From the IMG/VR virus record IMGVR_UViG_2675903595_000011: 43,749 nt of DNA. One strand, given 5' to 3'. This document shows, piece by piece, positions 31,992-42,513 of the stretch. How positions within the stretch are numbered: position 1 is the stretch's first letter; the number at the start of each line of letters is the position of its first letter. The notes below the pieces were generated by a model that was not told where the DNA came from, searched no databases, and saw only the letters and a program-made list of their open reading frames with translations. The stretch comes from a virus (taxonomy: Duplodnaviria; Heunggongvirae; Uroviricota; Caudoviricetes). A program made the translations under genes and the position numbers.

Positions 31992-32408
31992 CTATAAATA
32001 CCGAAGATTTCCTTGATAAAATGCCAGTACACGTTTCATAACTTCACTCTTCCGGCACTCGCGACAGATTATGTTCTGACGCCTGTCATAGCGGCGTATT
32101 TCTCCGTCTGGTAATGACCAGATAAGGTCAGGATCAACCACAACCGTTTTTTTCACCTTTGCCCTGGATAGTTTTTTGCGGGCGTTTTTCCAATCCTTAC
32201 GAGCCTGTTCAGACGGGAATAACCCATAGCCAGAGTTGTATACATCGCCACTGGCAACCAACTCTCTGGCAAGAATGCTCATCAGATATCTTGTCGCACC
32301 TGTCTTGGCCTCCAGTTGCCTTAACGTCTCGCGCCCACTCTGGCGTACCAACTCAACAACCTGCTCCTTAATTTTTTCACGCTCTTCCTGTGTAAAAACT
32401 TTTGCCAT
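31992..32408 (-). CDS. hypothetical phage protein
   Basis: GGAGG RBS, MAKVFTQEEREK...; C-terminal CxxC. Confidence 0.55.
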   Translation of the reverse strand: MAKVFTQEEREKIKEQVVELVRQSGRETLRQLEAKTGATRYLMSILARELVASGDVYNSGYGLFPSEQARKDWKNARKKLSRAKVKKTVVVDPDLIWSLPDGEIRRYDRRQNIICRECRKSEVMKRVLAFYQGNLRYL

Positions 32409-32423
32409 AAGCGCCTCCGGCAA

Positions 32424-33185
32424 TCACTTTTCCGACACAATACGACTGGAGGAATCGACAATCTGTCGGACAATATCCCGGTGCTTGTTCAGCTCCCGCA
32501 GCGCGGCGCAGACTCGCTCCCACTTCTGGACATGATTTTTCGCCCGACGCAGTTCGCGGTTTGCCATATGCAGCGATGGTAAAACTAGGTCATCCGCTTG
32601 CGTTTCAGTAAACGATGGCAGCGACTGCACAATGTCCGCCACAGTTTCTGTTTTAATATCTTCCTGTGTTGCCGCTTCCTGTACTGGTAACGCAACACCG
32701 GCTGGCTGAGGAAAGGCTTTACCATCAGTTTCCGCTACCGATGCAGCTTTCGGCTCTGCTGGTAAATTATCGCCCGGCATGCAGTAACGAAATTTACTGT
32801 TCTGGTTTACGCGAATCAGGCGTCCTTTGCTGATTGCCATTGCCAGCGTTGAAGCAACTTTGCGGGATGTTGTACCGAACAGCGTAGCCAGTTCATCCGC
32901 CGTTTGTGGTCCGCGTTGTTCAATCGTCGCGGTTAAATCGCACTCTGAGATTTTCACTACAGTTGCCGTGGTGGTTTCTTCCGGCAGTTCTGCCTGCATT
33001 GGCTGTTCCTGCTGAACGTTGTTATCAGCCACACGCCAGGTGTACGCGCTTTTATCAACGAAACCAGCTTTTTTCAGTTCCCATAGTTCGTTCAGCACTT
33101 CTTCACGACTGATATCAAGTCGCGCAGCAAGTTCTATGGATGTGGCTTTTCCCATTGCTTTCAGTGCGTCAAAAACAGTCTCCAT
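32424..33185 (-). CDS. DUF1627-like phage protein
   Basis: GGAGGA RBS before [13 protein letters not shown]; position after ydaV as in Rac. Confidence 0.55.
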   Translation of the reverse strand: METVFDALKAMGKATSIELAARLDISREEVLNELWELKKAGFVDKSAYTWRVADNNVQQEQPMQAELPEETTTATVVKISECDLTATIEQRGPQTADELATLFGTTSRKVASTLAMAISKGRLIRVNQNSKFRYCMPGDNLPAEPKAASVAETDGKAFPQPAGVALPVQEAATQEDIKTETVADIVQSLPSFTETQADDLVLPSLHMANRELRRAKNHVQKWERVCAALRELNKHRDIVRQIVDSSSRIVSEK

Positions 33186-33207
33186 AAAAATTTCCTCCCG
33201 GTAAAAA

Positions 33208-33954
33208 TTACTTCTCAATTCCTGGCTGGACGACATTCGGACGCCAGCTCTCCCAGTTAAAATTCACCCATCGCCCGCCGTTCATGGTCATGCGATCCAT
33301 AATCCGCTCGCCGAGCAATGTTTTCATGGCCTCATAGTTCAGGTTTGTCAGCATCCCCACGCTGCGCATCGACGCTGTCCGGCGATCAACAATCTGGTGC
33401 AGCACCACCTGCTCGTTTTTCGTCTCGCGCTGAATGCCAATTTCATCAAGAACCAGCAGATCCACTTCGCATAGTTCCCGCAAAAATTTTTCGCCTGACT
33501 GCCCATCGTCATAGCTGGCGTGCAGGGCACTCATAACATCAGCCACGGTAACCACAATCACTGTCTGACCGTCTTTCAGCAGGCGATTCCCGATAGCTGC
33601 CGCTAAGTGGTTCTTCCCGGTACCAGGTTTTCCGCTGAACGCAAAATTTGTACACCCGGTCATCAGTTCATCAGCGATGGATTTCGCCTGACTCAACGCG
33701 TATCGCTGCGCTTCGTTCTGCACCTGGTAATTCGAAAACGAGCATTTGCGGTGCAATGGCTGGATGCCAGAGCGATTCAGAATTTTTTCCACCCGCAACT
33801 GACGATTCTGACGGTTGATCTCCTCACAACGTTTCTGGCCTTCGGAAAGTTGCCACTCGCGCCACTCCGCTACCGTCTTGAATGGCGCGGTTACATGTGA
33901 CGGGGCCAGTCTGCGGATACGTTCAAGAACGTCGCCTGTCGCAATATTTTTCAT
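33208..33954 (-). CDS. ydaV: DnaC-like replication ATPase
   Basis: Walker A GKPGTGKN and Walker B LLVLDE; 248 aa. Confidence 0.85.
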   Translation of the reverse strand: MKNIATGDVLERIRRLAPSHVTAPFKTVAEWREWQLSEGQKRCEEINRQNRQLRVEKILNRSGIQPLHRKCSFSNYQVQNEAQRYALSQAKSIADELMTGCTNFAFSGKPGTGKNHLAAAIGNRLLKDGQTVIVVTVADVMSALHASYDDGQSGEKFLRELCEVDLLVLDEIGIQRETKNEQVVLHQIVDRRTASMRSVGMLTNLNYEAMKTLLGERIMDRMTMNGGRWVNFNWESWRPNVVQPGIEK

Positions 33955-33960
33955 GGTCAG

Positions 33961-34818
33961 TTACCCCCTGAAGCCTGGCGGGATCGCACTATCCGGTAAC
34001 GAGACGGTGTTAACCTGTCGGAGTAACGTCTCAGGTCGAACACCTTTCGGCGCGAACAAGCCCTGGTATTCATTGGCGATGCTGTGTCGAATCACCTGCT
34101 CAGGTGAAAAACCCTGCTGGCGGAATTTTTCCAGCTCCCGTATCGCCCCGTTAGCGCCCTGCTCCGTTCGAATCGGTTTTCGCAATGCCTGGCGAAATTC
34201 AACCCACTCACGCCAAAGCGAGACAGAAATCCAGTTCGGCAAAGCAATATCCAGAGGGTCAAACTTTTTGACACCTCGATTCCCCCGGGGGGGATTTAGG
34301 GGGGGATCTGTTTTTAGATCTTTATCTGTATCTTTATTAGTTGCCTTTGTGTTGACATCATGTTCAAACACCACTTCAACATCTGTTTGAACACCTGTTA
34401 AATTTCTCTCTTGTTTTGTTTGAACATCTGCTTCCTTTCTGCTTCTTCTGGCCTGAACAGATGCTTTTCCTGCGGCTGATTTTTTGGTTAATTTTTCCCT
34501 GACTGATGCCAGATCTTCCTCAATCCGAAGATGCACCCATTCCTCGCCGTTATCGCAAAAAAACTCCTGCAAGGATGGTTCAACATCAGCCCATCGCTCG
34601 TTAGTCAGACGGGCAATTTTTGCCAGCCTGTTTTTAGGTATTGGCTTTCCTGTTTGCCAGTAATTGAACATCAGCAACAAATACGCACCATGCTCCTCTG
34701 CTGACAAATGCATGGTGTCAGCCAGGTAATCAGCTATGTACAGTTGCATGTATGGTAATGCGGCCATAATTGCCCCGTATGATGCTGCCCGGTGGCTTAG
34801 AATAAGCACAAACAGCAT
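33961..34818 (-). CDS. ydaU: replication initiation-associated protein (YdaU-like)
   Basis: 285 aa, upstream of the DnaC-like gene. Confidence 0.75.
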   Translation of the reverse strand: MLFVLILSHRAASYGAIMAALPYMQLYIADYLADTMHLSAEEHGAYLLLMFNYWQTGKPIPKNRLAKIARLTNERWADVEPSLQEFFCDNGEEWVHLRIEEDLASVREKLTKKSAAGKASVQARRSRKEADVQTKQERNLTGVQTDVEVVFEHDVNTKATNKDTDKDLKTDPPLNPPRGNRGVKKFDPLDIALPNWISVSLWREWVEFRQALRKPIRTEQGANGAIRELEKFRQQGFSPEQVIRHSIANEYQGLFAPKGVRPETLLRQVNTVSLPDSAIPPGFRG

Positions 34819-34830
34819 GGAAACTTTTGC

Positions 34831-35253
34831 TTAATGAACAATGACAGAATCGTCGGAAGACCCGCCGCCGCTGAAATGCGCTTTCCGGTAAACGGCTTGG
34901 ACTGCATCATCATGCGCATCAATTGCCGTACTTAACGCTTCCTGCGCCGCCAGTAATGCACGGCGTTCCAGGGTATCGAAGATGCAGAGTCGGTGACGCA
35001 GCTCGCGCGGAAGGATTGCCAGAATTGCTGGGATCAGCTTCTGAATTTTTTCTCTTTGCGTTTTCGTTTCACCTTTCAACCAACGGTGATAGATATTCTG
35101 CTGATTATTCCAGTCCTTGCCTGGTACCAGGGGCAATTCGCCGCCCCCCTGGCGCAGATATTCTTCAGTAATGGCATTGGCTACCCATGCCTGCCCTTTT
35201 TCGGCTGCCAGGGCTAACAACACTGACTCGATGTGCTCATGCTTGATTTTCAT
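34831..35253 (-). CDS. ydaT: YdaT-like protein
   Basis: 140 aa MKIKHEHIESVL...; ATGA overlap with upstream Cro-like gene. Confidence 0.8.
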   Translation of the reverse strand: MKIKHEHIESVLLALAAEKGQAWVANAITEEYLRQGGGELPLVPGKDWNNQQNIYHRWLKGETKTQREKIQKLIPAILAILPRELRHRLCIFDTLERRALLAAQEALSTAIDAHDDAVQAVYRKAHFSGGGSSDDSVIVH

Positions 35254-35504
35254 GAATCAACTCCCATCAGCTTTTTCGTAGTAGTTTTATTTCTGCCAAT
35301 AGTTAAAATTACATCAGCAGAAAATAATCCGTTTGATGCATGAGCGATTTTTTCAGCGTAATTTGTTTCGCCGGTATATTCTGTGCGAGGCAATTTTCCG
35401 TTATCCATCCATTTGTAGATTGCTCTTTGGCTGACACCACAAACGTCGGCCACAACAGAAACGCGAACAGTTTTGATTACATCTTCAAGTGTTTTCTGGT
35501 TCAT
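35250..35504 (-). CDS. ydaS: Cro-like HTH regulator (YdaS-like)
   Basis: HTH-like VADVCGVSQRAIYKWMDNG; divergent from racR. Confidence 0.65.
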   Translation of the reverse strand: MNQKTLEDVIKTVRVSVVADVCGVSQRAIYKWMDNGKLPRTEYTGETNYAEKIAHASNGLFSADVILTIGRNKTTTKKLMGVDS

Positions 35505-35565
35505 ATCACCCTCACAATGTGAACTTTGAGTACATGCTATAACAGAACTGACAGTACATTCAAGA

Positions 35566-36003
35566 GTGAATATCATTGAACTTATGGTTCATGAAGATAA
35601 AGCGCGTAAAGAGTTCGCCAGTAGGCTTGCGCTAGCCTGTGAAAACGCTGGTTATGAACAACATGGAAGGCAGGCAGAAATTGCCCGTCGAATGAAATTA
35701 ACACCAAAAGCGGTTAGCAAATGGTTTAATGGCGAAACAATTCCTCGCCGAGAGAAATTAAGGGAATTAGCAACACTCATTGGAACAACACCAACCTATC
35801 TTTTGGGAGAGGATACAGAAGAAAGTGGACAGGTACGTTTCTATCAGGAGTTAAATCCAAGACAAAAAATCATCATTGACCTTCTGGACGAGCTCCCTGA
35901 CAGTGAGACAGATGAACTTTTAAAAACTCTTGAGGAGAAAAAACAGAAGTACAATGCAATTTACGAAGAGCTAGCACGAAAGAAAAAACAAAAAGCCTCT
36001 TAA
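35566..36003 (+). CDS. racR: prophage repressor RacR-like (HTH)
   Basis: HTH GRQAEIARRMKLTPKAVSKWFNG; divergent from ydaS; start may be ATG at 35584. Confidence 0.65.
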   Translation: MNIIELMVHEDKARKEFASRLALACENAGYEQHGRQAEIARRMKLTPKAVSKWFNGETIPRREKLRELATLIGTTPTYLLGEDTEESGQVRFYQELNPRQKIIIDLLDELPDSETDELLKTLEEKKQKYNAIYEELARKKKQKAS

Positions 36004-36293
36004 ACCAGCATAAATCCGGTAGCGTCCCCCTCCGGGTTTGTGCTTCACTTTATCCCATCTCATTTTTTTACACACAAAATGTACTTATAGTACTTTACAT
36101 CAATGAACACAAAGTACATTATATACCTACCAACCCACCCCGCCCCACAGAACGCAGGGCAATACTTCGAGTTACCAGGCAGTGGTCAGGGGTTAAGTAG
36201 CCAGCCCGAGGCGTATGAACATGACGGCAGGGTTCAGATTTTGCAGTGCAGCAGGTTTCAGTTCCGCCACCCGGCGTTAAGGGGAGAGATAAG

Positions 36294-36428
36294 ATGGTGC
36301 ATTACGAAGTAGTTCAGTATTTGATGGATTGTTGCGGTATCACTTACAACCAGGCTGTGCAGGCTTTACGCAGCAACGACTGGGATCTCTGGCAGGCAGA
36401 AGTCGCTATACACAGCAACAAGATGTGA
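36294..36428 (+). CDS. ydaG: YdaG-like small protein
   Basis: MVHYEVVQYLMDCCGITYNQAVQALRSNDWDLWQAEVAIHSNKM. Confidence 0.6.
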   Translation: MVHYEVVQYLMDCCGITYNQAVQALRSNDWDLWQAEVAIHSNKM

Positions 36429-36438
36429 GATTCGCAAA

Positions 36439-36594
36439 ATGCAAAAAATCGACCTCGGCAACAACGAATCCCTGGTGTGCGGCGTGTTCCCCAACCAGGA
36501 TGGAACGTTCACTGCCATGACGTATACCAAAAGCAAAACATTTAAAACCGAAACTGGTGCGCGCCGATGGTTGGAGAAGCACACAGTAAGCTAA
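36439..36594 (+). CDS. ydaF: YdaF-like small protein
   Basis: 51 codons MQKIDLGNNESLVCGVFPNQDG...; below the ORF-track size cut-off. Confidence 0.6.
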   Translation: MQKIDLGNNESLVCGVFPNQDGTFTAMTYTKSKTFKTETGARRWLEKHTVS

Positions 36595-37079
36595 CGATTA
36601 AAACGTCTACTCCTGCTGTTCCAGAATAACTTCATAAAATGGGAGTATTTTTCGGTGACGAGATAATAAGAACAGTTTGCGCTATCACTCTGATGTTGAA
36701 TGATGCCCTTCCGTTCTAATTTTTTCATAACCGGGTTACGGCAAGGAGAAGTGATAATAAGATTTCCTGTTTTAAGGAAATCTTTAAATACAGCGATTTC
36801 TTTCTCAGATAAACGAAGCAATACTCGTTGCTCTGGTAGTAATGAATAATGCTTTTGAATATGTGCTCGCAATCTTGAGAAGGAAATGGCGACCACGAAA
36901 GAAAAGGCAAAAACGATAATCTGAAAGAGCCAAGGTATTTCAGTATAAGCATTGAATGCGACAGTAAACTCTTTCGGTATCAGCCAGAGAGTGAGACCAA
37001 AAATGATAATCGTATACATAAGTATTTCGAGTGGCTCGTTAGCAAAAAGTTTCAACAATGGAGTAAATACATCCAACAT
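36591..37079 (-). CDS. sieB: superinfection exclusion protein B
   Basis: MLDVFTPLLKLFANEPLEILMYTIIIFGLTLWLIP... membrane protein. Confidence 0.8.
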   Translation of the reverse strand: MLDVFTPLLKLFANEPLEILMYTIIIFGLTLWLIPKEFTVAFNAYTEIPWLFQIIVFAFSFVVAISFSRLRAHIQKHYSLLPEQRVLLRLSEKEIAVFKDFLKTGNLIITSPCRNPVMKKLERKGIIQHQSDSANCSYYLVTEKYSHFMKLFWNSRSRRFNR

Positions 37080-37520
37080 ATCAATAACTCTCAACTGTAA
37101 GGGTATTGAAATGTTAACACAAGCTCTCGCTGTAGGGGTATAGCCGAGACCACCGAAGCCCGGAGGTGGTGAAATAAAACCGGGCACAACACGAAGGCGC
37201 ATTTCCGATATCCATAAAGAGTCGGTCTTGTCTGTTAAATTTAAATGGTGGGAGTGCGCCTCCGGTTGTAAATAACGACATTGCTGTGTGTAGTCCTGGC
37301 GGCATCAGTTTTTTTCTTGAAGTTCGGCTGATGTCCGCCCTTTTTAAAGTGAATTTTGTGATGCGGTGAATGCGGCTAAGCGCACGTGGCACAGTTAAAA
37401 GTCATGTTAGTCCTTATTGGTTTGGGTGGGAAAGCCGACTGTAATTGTTAACTGGTTGCAGTCACCTGGAGGCACCAGGCACCGCATCAACAAAGTTCAT
37501 TTGTAAAAATGGAGATAATT

Positions 37521-37742
37521 ATGATTGCACATCACTTCGGAACTGATGAAATACCACGTCAGTGTGTGACTCCTGGCGATTATGTTCTTCATGAAGGCCG
37601 GACATATATTGCCTCGGCAAACAATATTAAAAAGCGAAAACTATATATTCGTAACCTGACCACAAAAACATGCATTACTGACCGCATGATTAAAGTCTTC
37701 CTCGGTCGTGATGGTTTACCTGTAAAGGCGGAGTCATGGTGA
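37521..37742 (+). CDS. kilR: cell-division inhibitor KilR
   Basis: [21 protein letters not shown]... 73 aa. Confidence 0.85.
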   Translation: MIAHHFGTDEIPRQCVTPGDYVLHEGRTYIASANNIKKRKLYIRNLTTKTCITDRMIKVFLGRDGLPVKAESW

Positions 37743-37912
37743 TGACTAAGAAAATAAAATGTGCTTACCACCTTTGCAAAAAAGACGTTGAAGAAAGCAA
37801 AGCTATTGAAAGAATGCTTCACTTCATGCACGGGATTTTATCAAAAGACGAACCGAGAAAATATTGCAGTGAAGCTTGTGCCGAAAAAGACCAGATGGCA
37901 CATGAACTTTAA
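37742..37912 (+). CDS. ydaE: YdaE-like zinc-binding protein
   Basis: ATG overlapping kilR stop (TGATG); [19 protein letters not shown]... Confidence 0.6.
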   Translation: MTKKIKCAYHLCKKDVEESKAIERMLHFMHGILSKDEPRKYCSEACAEKDQMAHEL

Positions 37913-37986
37913 TTAATTGACTATTCGAAACTGAATTTATGCCAGAAATGGCAGGTATTCGCTCAACCTTAATTAAGGAGAAAAAC

Positions 37987-38262
37987 ATGATTACCAATTA
38001 TGAAGCCACTGTTGTAACTACCGATGACATTGTTCACGAGGTGAATCTGGAAGGAAAGCGCATTGGCTACGTAATTAAAACAGAAAATAAAGAAACCCCA
38101 TTCACTGTGGTTGATATCGATGGTCCATCAGGCAACGTAAAAACACTTGATGAAGGTGTCAAAAAAATGTGCCTGGTGCATATCGGAAAGAATCTGCCCG
38201 CAGAAAAAAAAGCCGAATTTCTGGCAACTCTAATTGCAATGAAATTAAAAGGTGAAATCTGA
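37987..38262 (+). CDS. racC: RacC
   Basis: MITNYEATVVTTDDIVHEVNLEGKRIGYVIK... Confidence 0.8.
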   Translation: MITNYEATVVTTDDIVHEVNLEGKRIGYVIKTENKETPFTVVDIDGPSGNVKTLDEGVKKMCLVHIGKNLPAEKKAEFLATLIAMKLKGEI

Positions 38263-38363
38263 AAGAAATAGCCTGCGTATGGCGCAGGCTATGAACAGTG
38301 TGTATCCGGCAAGATCATTCACTGAACAAAACGAATTTTAATCTGAGTTGAGGTTAAAAAACA

Positions 38364-40964
38364 ATGAGCACAAAACCACTCTTCCTGTTACGGAAAGCGA
38401 AAAAATCATCCGGTGAACCTGACGTCGTCCTGTGGGCAAGCAACGATTTTGAATCGACCTGTGCCACTCTGGACTACCTGATCGTTAAGTCAGGTAAAAA
38501 ACTGAGCAGCTATTTTAAAGCTGTTGCCACGAATTTTCCTGTCGTTAATGACCTGCCCGCTGAAGGTGAGATCGATTTTACCTGGAGTGAACGCTATCAA
38601 CTCAGCAAAGACTCCATGACATGGGAACTAAAACCGGGAGCAGCACCAGACAACGCTCACTATCAAGGCAATACCAACGTCAACGGCGAAGACATGACTG
38701 AGATTGAGGAGAATATGCTACTCCCAATTTCTGGCCAGGAACTGCCCATTCGTTGGCTTGCTCAACACGGCAGCGAAAAACCGGTAACGCACGTTTCACG
38801 CGACGGACTCCAGGCATTACACATTGCTCGGGCTGAAGAACTACCGGCTGTTACTGCCCTGGCTGTTTCCCACAAAACCAGCCTGCTCGACCCGCTGGAA
38901 ATTCGCGAACTCCACAAACTGGTTCGTGACACTGACAAAGTTTTCCCTAATCCTGGTAATTCAAACCTGGGACTGATAACTGCTTTTTTCGAAGCATACC
39001 TGAACGCTGACTACACCGATCGAGGACTGCTGACAAAAGAGTGGATGAAGGGTAATCGTGTTTCACACATCACTCGCACGGCTTCCGGTGCTAATGCTGG
39101 CGGCGGAAACCTCACCGATCGCGGCGAAGGTTTCGTACACGATCTGACGTCACTGGCGCGGGACGTAGCCACTGGCGTACTGGCCCGTTCAATGGATCTG
39201 GACATCTATAACCTTCATCCGGCACACGCTAAACGCATTGAGGAAATTATCGCTGAAAATAAACCGCCCTTTTCTGTTTTCCGCGACAAATTCATCACCA
39301 TGCCTGGCGGGCTGGATTATTCCCGCGCCATCGTGGTTGCGTCCGTAAAAGAAGCACCAATTGGGATCGAGGTCATCCCCGCGCACGTCACTGAATATCT
39401 GAACAAAGTACTGACTGAAACCGATCATGCCAACCCTGATCCGGAAATCGTGGATATTGCCTGCGGTCGCTCCTCTGCCCCGATGCCGCAGCGAGTAACA
39501 GAAGAAGGAAAACAGGATGATGAAGAAAAACCGCAACCATCTGGAACAACGGCAGTTGAACAGGGAGAGGCTGAAACAATGGAACCGGACGCAACTGAAC
39601 ATCATCAGGACACGCAGCCGCTGGATGCTCAGTCACAGGTAAATTCTGTTGATGCGAAATATCAGGAACTGCGGGCAGAACTCCATGAAGCCCGGAAAAA
39701 CATTCCATCAAAAAATCCTGTCGATGCCGATAAATTGCTTGCTGCATCACGTGGTGAATTTGTTGACGGAATTAGCGACCCGAACGATCCGAAATGGGTA
39801 AAGGGGATCCAGACTCGCGATTGTGTGTACCAGAACCAGCCAGAAACGGAAAAAACCAGCCCGGATATGAATCAACCTGAGCCAGTAGTGCAACAGGAAC
39901 CGGAAATAGCCTGCAATGCCTGCGGCCAGACTGGCGGGGATAACTGCCCTGACTGTGGTGCGGTGATGGGCGACGCAACATACCAGGAAACATTCGATGA
40001 AGAGAGTCAGGTTGAAGCTAAGGAAAATGATCCGGAGGAAATGGAAGGCGCTGAACATCCGCACAATGAGAATGCTGGCAGCGATCCGCATCGCGATTGC
40101 AGTGATGAAACTGGCGAAGTCGCAGATCCCGTAATCGTAGAAGACATAGAGCCAGGTATTTATTACGGAATTTCGAATGAGAATTACCACGCGGGTCCCG
40201 GTGTCAGTAAGTCTCAGCTCGATGACATTGCTGATACTCCGGCACTGTATTTGTGGCGTAAAAATGCCCCCGTGGACACCACAAAGACAAAAACGCTCGA
40301 TTTAGGAACCGCTTTCCACTGCCGGGTACTTGAGCCGGAAGAATTCAGTAACCGCTTTATCGTAGCACCTGAATTTAACCGCCGGACAAACTCCGGAAAA
40401 GAAGAAGAGAAAGCGTTTCTGAGGGAATGCGCAAGCACAGGAAAAACGGTTATCACTGCCGAAGAAGGCCGGAAAATTGAACTCATGTATCAGAGCGTTA
40501 TGGCTTTGCCGCTGGGGCAATGGCTTGTTGAAAGCGCCGGACACGCTGAATCATCAATTTACTGGGAAGATCCTGAAACAGCAATTTTGTGTCGGTGCCG
40601 TCCGGACAAAATTATCCCTGAATTTCACTGGATCATGGACGTGAAAACTACGGCGGATATTCAACGATTCAAAACCGCTTATTACGACTACCGCTATCAC
40701 GTTCAGGATGCATTCTACAGTGACGGTTATGAAGCACAGTTTGGAGTGCAGCCAACTTTCGTTTTTCTGGTTGCCAGCACAACTATTGAATGCGGACGTT
40801 ATCCGGTTGAAATTTTCATGATGGGCGAAGAAGCAAAACTGGCAGGTCAGCTGGAATATCACCGCAATCTGCGAACCCTGGCTGACTGCCTCAATACCGA
40901 TGAATGGCCAGCTATTAAGACGTTATCACTGCCCCGCTGGGCTAAGGAATATGCAAATGACTAA
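38364..40964 (+). CDS. recE: exodeoxyribonuclease VIII (RecE)
   Basis: 866 aa; [24 protein letters not shown]... Confidence 0.95.
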   Translation: MSTKPLFLLRKAKKSSGEPDVVLWASNDFESTCATLDYLIVKSGKKLSSYFKAVATNFPVVNDLPAEGEIDFTWSERYQLSKDSMTWELKPGAAPDNAHYQGNTNVNGEDMTEIEENMLLPISGQELPIRWLAQHGSEKPVTHVSRDGLQALHIARAEELPAVTALAVSHKTSLLDPLEIRELHKLVRDTDKVFPNPGNSNLGLITAFFEAYLNADYTDRGLLTKEWMKGNRVSHITRTASGANAGGGNLTDRGEGFVHDLTSLARDVATGVLARSMDLDIYNLHPAHAKRIEEIIAENKPPFSVFRDKFITMPGGLDYSRAIVVASVKEAPIGIEVIPAHVTEYLNKVLTETDHANPDPEIVDIACGRSSAPMPQRVTEEGKQDDEEKPQPSGTTAVEQGEAETMEPDATEHHQDTQPLDAQSQVNSVDAKYQELRAELHEARKNIPSKNPVDADKLLAASRGEFVDGISDPNDPKWVKGIQTRDCVYQNQPETEKTSPDMNQPEPVVQQEPEIACNACGQTGGDNCPDCGAVMGDATYQETFDEESQVEAKENDPEEMEGAEHPHNENAGSDPHRDCSDETGEVADPVIVEDIEPGIYYGISNENYHAGPGVSKSQLDDIADTPALYLWRKNAPVDTTKTKTLDLGTAFHCRVLEPEEFSNRFIVAPEFNRRTNSGKEEEKAFLRECASTGKTVITAEEGRKIELMYQSVMALPLGQWLVESAGHAESSIYWEDPETAILCRCRPDKIIPEFHWIMDVKTTADIQRFKTAYYDYRYHVQDAFYSDGYEAQFGVQPTFVFLVASTTIECGRYPVEIFMMGEEAKLAGQLEYHRNLRTLADCLNTDEWPAIKTLSLPRWAKEYAND

Positions 40965-41766
40965 GCAACCACCAATCGCAAAAGCCGATCTGCAAAAAAC
41001 TCAGGGAAACCGTGCACCAGCAGCAATTAAAAATAACGACGTGATTAGTTTTATTAACCAGCCATCAATGAAAGAGCAACTGGCAGCAGCTCTTCCACGC
41101 CATATGACGGCTGAACGTATGATCCGTATCGCCACCACAGAAATTCGTAAAGTTCCGGCGTTAGGAAACTGTGACACTATGAGTTTTGTCAGTGCAATCG
41201 TACAGTGTTCACAGCTCGGACTTGAGCCCGGTAGCGCCCTCGGTCATGCATATTTACTGCCTTTTGGTAATAAAAACGAAAAGAGCGGTAAAAAAAACGT
41301 TCAGCTAATCATTGGCTATCGCGGCATGATTGATCTGGCTCGCCGTTCAGGTCAAATCGCCAGCCTGTCAGCCCGTGTTGTCCGTGAAGGTGACGAGTTT
41401 AATTTCGAATTTGGCCTTGATGAAAAGTTAATACACCGCCCAGGAGAAAACGAAGATGCCCCTGTTACCCACGTCTATGCTGTCGCAAGACTGAAAGACG
41501 GAGGTACTCAGTTTGAAGTTATGACGCGCAAACAGATTGAGCTGGTGCGCAGCCAGAGTAAAGCTGGTAATAACGGGCCGTGGGTAACTCACTGGGAAGA
41601 AATGGCAAAGAAAACGGCTATTCGTCGCCTGTTCAAATATCTGCCCGTATCAATTGAGATCCAGCGTGCAGTATCAATGGATGAAAAGGAACCACTGACA
41701 ATCGATCCTGCAGATTCCTCTGTATTAACCGGGGAATACAGTGTAATCGATAATTCAGAGGAATAA
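40957..41766 (+). CDS. recT: single-strand annealing protein RecT
   Basis: [21 protein letters not shown]...; 8-nt overlap with recE. Confidence 0.95.
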   Translation: MTKQPPIAKADLQKTQGNRAPAAIKNNDVISFINQPSMKEQLAAALPRHMTAERMIRIATTEIRKVPALGNCDTMSFVSAIVQCSQLGLEPGSALGHAYLLPFGNKNEKSGKKNVQLIIGYRGMIDLARRSGQIASLSARVVREGDEFNFEFGLDEKLIHRPGENEDAPVTHVYAVARLKDGGTQFEVMTRKQIELVRSQSKAGNNGPWVTHWEEMAKKTAIRRLFKYLPVSIEIQRAVSMDEKEPLTIDPADSSVLTGEYSVIDNSEE

Positions 41767-41821
41767 TTCAGCCTGGCGGTGTAATGCACCGCCAACTTGA
41801 AATATTTTTATGAGAAAAATT

Positions 41822-41971
41822 ATGAGATATGACAATGTTAAACCATGTCCATTTTGTGGTTGTCCATCAGTAACGGTGAAAGCCATTTCAGGATATTACC
41901 GAGCGAAGTGTAACGGATGCGAATCCCGAACCGGTTATGGTGGAAGTGAAAAAGAAGCACTCGAACGATGA
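41822..41971 (+). CDS. ralR: RalR/Lar-like protein, truncated by in-frame TGA (49 codons)
   Basis: MRYDNVKPCPFCGCPSVTVKAISGYYRAKCNGC...EALER then TGA; 14 more in-frame sense codons to TAA at 42014..42016. Confidence 0.6.
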   Translation: MRYDNVKPCPFCGCPSVTVKAISGYYRAKCNGCESRTGYGGSEKEALER

Positions 41972-42008
41972 AATAAACGAACCACTGGAAATAATAATGG
42001 AGGTGTTC

Positions 42009-42197
42009 ATGTATAAAATTACCGCCACTATTGAAAAGGAAGGTGGCACTCCTACTAACTGGACAAGATATTCAAAATCTAAACTAACGAAATCAGAATG
42101 CGAAAAAATGCTCTCAGGTAAAAAAGAAGCAGGCGTTTCCAGAGAGCAGAAAGTAAAACTGATAAATTTTAATTGCGAGAAACTTCAGTCCTCGTGA
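42009..42197 (+). CDS. ydaC: YdaC-like protein
   Basis: GGAGGTG RBS, MYKITATIEKEGGTPTNW... Confidence 0.6.
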   Translation: MYKITATIEKEGGTPTNWTRYSKSKLTKSECEKMLSGKKEAGVSREQKVKLINFNCEKLQSS

Positions 42198-42296
42198 ATT
42201 GCATTGTATTCAAATTAAAACTTCATAGCTGATTATTAATAATCAACATCGGGCGTCAATTTAAGTCTAACATTGGCGCCTGCCAGAGGTGATGCG

Positions 42297-42512
42297 ATGG
42301 CACAAGTAATCTTTAATGAAGAGTGGATGGTTGAATACGGCCTGATGCTTCGCACTGGTCTGGGGGCCAGACAAATTGAAGCATACCGCCAGAACTGTTG
42401 GGTGGAAGGCTTCCACTTCAAACGAGTATCTCCTTTAGGGAAGCCAGACAGTAAGCGAGGGATTATCTGGTATAACTATCCAAAGATAAATCAGTTTATC
42501 AAAGACTCATGA
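42297..42512 (+). CDS. excisionase
   Basis: [21 protein letters not shown]..., 71 aa, directly upstream of integrase. Confidence 0.8.
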   Translation: MAQVIFNEEWMVEYGLMLRTGLGARQIEAYRQNCWVEGFHFKRVSPLGKPDSKRGIIWYNYPKINQFIKDS

Positions 42513-42513
42513 T

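Noticed and set aside
36103-36312. 69-aa plus-strand ORF
   Set aside because: No RBS, overlaps the better-supported ydaG start, unremarkable composition.
39011-40862. Cluster of minus-strand ORFs inside recE
   Set aside because: They lie antisense within the recE coding sequence, a recognisable 866-aa protein.
41937-42008. Upstream extension of the ydaC ORF (MVEVKKK...)
   Set aside because: Overlaps the ralR frame; the ATG at 42009 has a proper GGAGGTG RBS and gives the expected MYKITAT start.
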